Source of the DNA: a virus
DNA length: 59,030 bases
Strand: one strand, 5' to 3'
IMG/VR virus record: IMGVR_UViG_3300048611_000080
Coordinates: 1-59,030 of that record
A program made the position numbers and the translations under genes. Positions within the stretch are counted from its first letter, which is position 1; the number at the start of each line of letters is the position of its first letter. The notes beneath the pieces are model-generated. The model was not told the DNA's origin. It saw only the letters and a program-made list of their open reading frames with translations, and did not search any database. Below are positions 58,959-59,030 of the stretch, one piece after another.

Positions 58959-59030
58959 GGCAGGACGCCTCCGCCGCCCTCAGTGGTGATGATCCAGTCA
59001 TAGTCGATATCGACATAGAAGGGATCGCCG
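58904..59030. repeat. Second copy of the contig end overlap (identical to 1-127)
   Basis: Direct sequence comparison. Confidence 0.95.

Noticed and set aside
1-59030. Search for CRISPR arrays, reverse transcriptase (DGR or retron), rRNA genes, transposases or IS elements, and a phage RNA or DNA polymerase.
   Set aside because: No regularly spaced repeat arrays, no YxDD-type RT motifs, no transposase-like ORFs and no polymerase motifs were recognised in any credible ORF. This absence is by eye only and should be confirmed with HMM searches.

Overview
The window is a complete, circularly closed phage genome. Bases 1-127 are identical to 58904-59030, so the unique length is 58,903 bp. It is GC-rich and densely coded, with many ATGA/GTGA start-stop overlaps.

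Layout:
- Minus strand, about 11292 down through 52, wrapping to 58958 and on to 42577: packaging and virion genes in T7-like order (terS, terL, portal, scaffold, capsid, tail tubular A- and B-like, internal virion proteins, a 2596-aa protein in the gp16 position, tail fibre/spike).
- Minus strand, about 41757 to 36494: small genes and a lysis cassette (T4-type lysozyme with a C-terminal membrane anchor, overlapped i-/o-spanin pair).
- Minus strand, 22135 to 12144: early-left operon (DUF1376 replication protein, DnaA domain-IV-like protein, GcrA homologue, RusA, many tiny membrane peptides). It ends in a roughly 330-nt structured non-coding leader with its own promoter and terminator.
- 22827-23293: switch region with five copies of a 14-bp palindromic operator (TGGGAT-N2-ATCCCA) around an XRE-family gene.
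- Plus strand, 23316 to 32410: early-right operon (Erf, YqaJ exonuclease, NinB, HNH, excisionase, tyrosine integrase).
- 32411-32619: attP, made of a 3' fragment of a tRNA(CAU) gene flanked by GTCAGAAYG arm repeats.
- Plus strand, 32680 to 36513: accessory genes.

The GcrA homologue points to an alphaproteobacterial host.

Most interesting observations:
- the giant polyvalent-type virion protein (HExxH zincin motif plus LuxR/sigma-like HTHs);
- the structured leader/ncRNA;
- two orphan 56-codon ribbon-helix-helix genes antisense inside the late operon, one converging on and overlapping a GNAT-like gene coupled to the tail gene;
- an HNH homing-endonuclease insertion in the ejectosome module;
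- oppositely oriented accessory genes (class I methyltransferase, membrane proteins, secreted HExxH protein).

All homology statements come from motifs recognised by eye. No database searches or folding programs were run.
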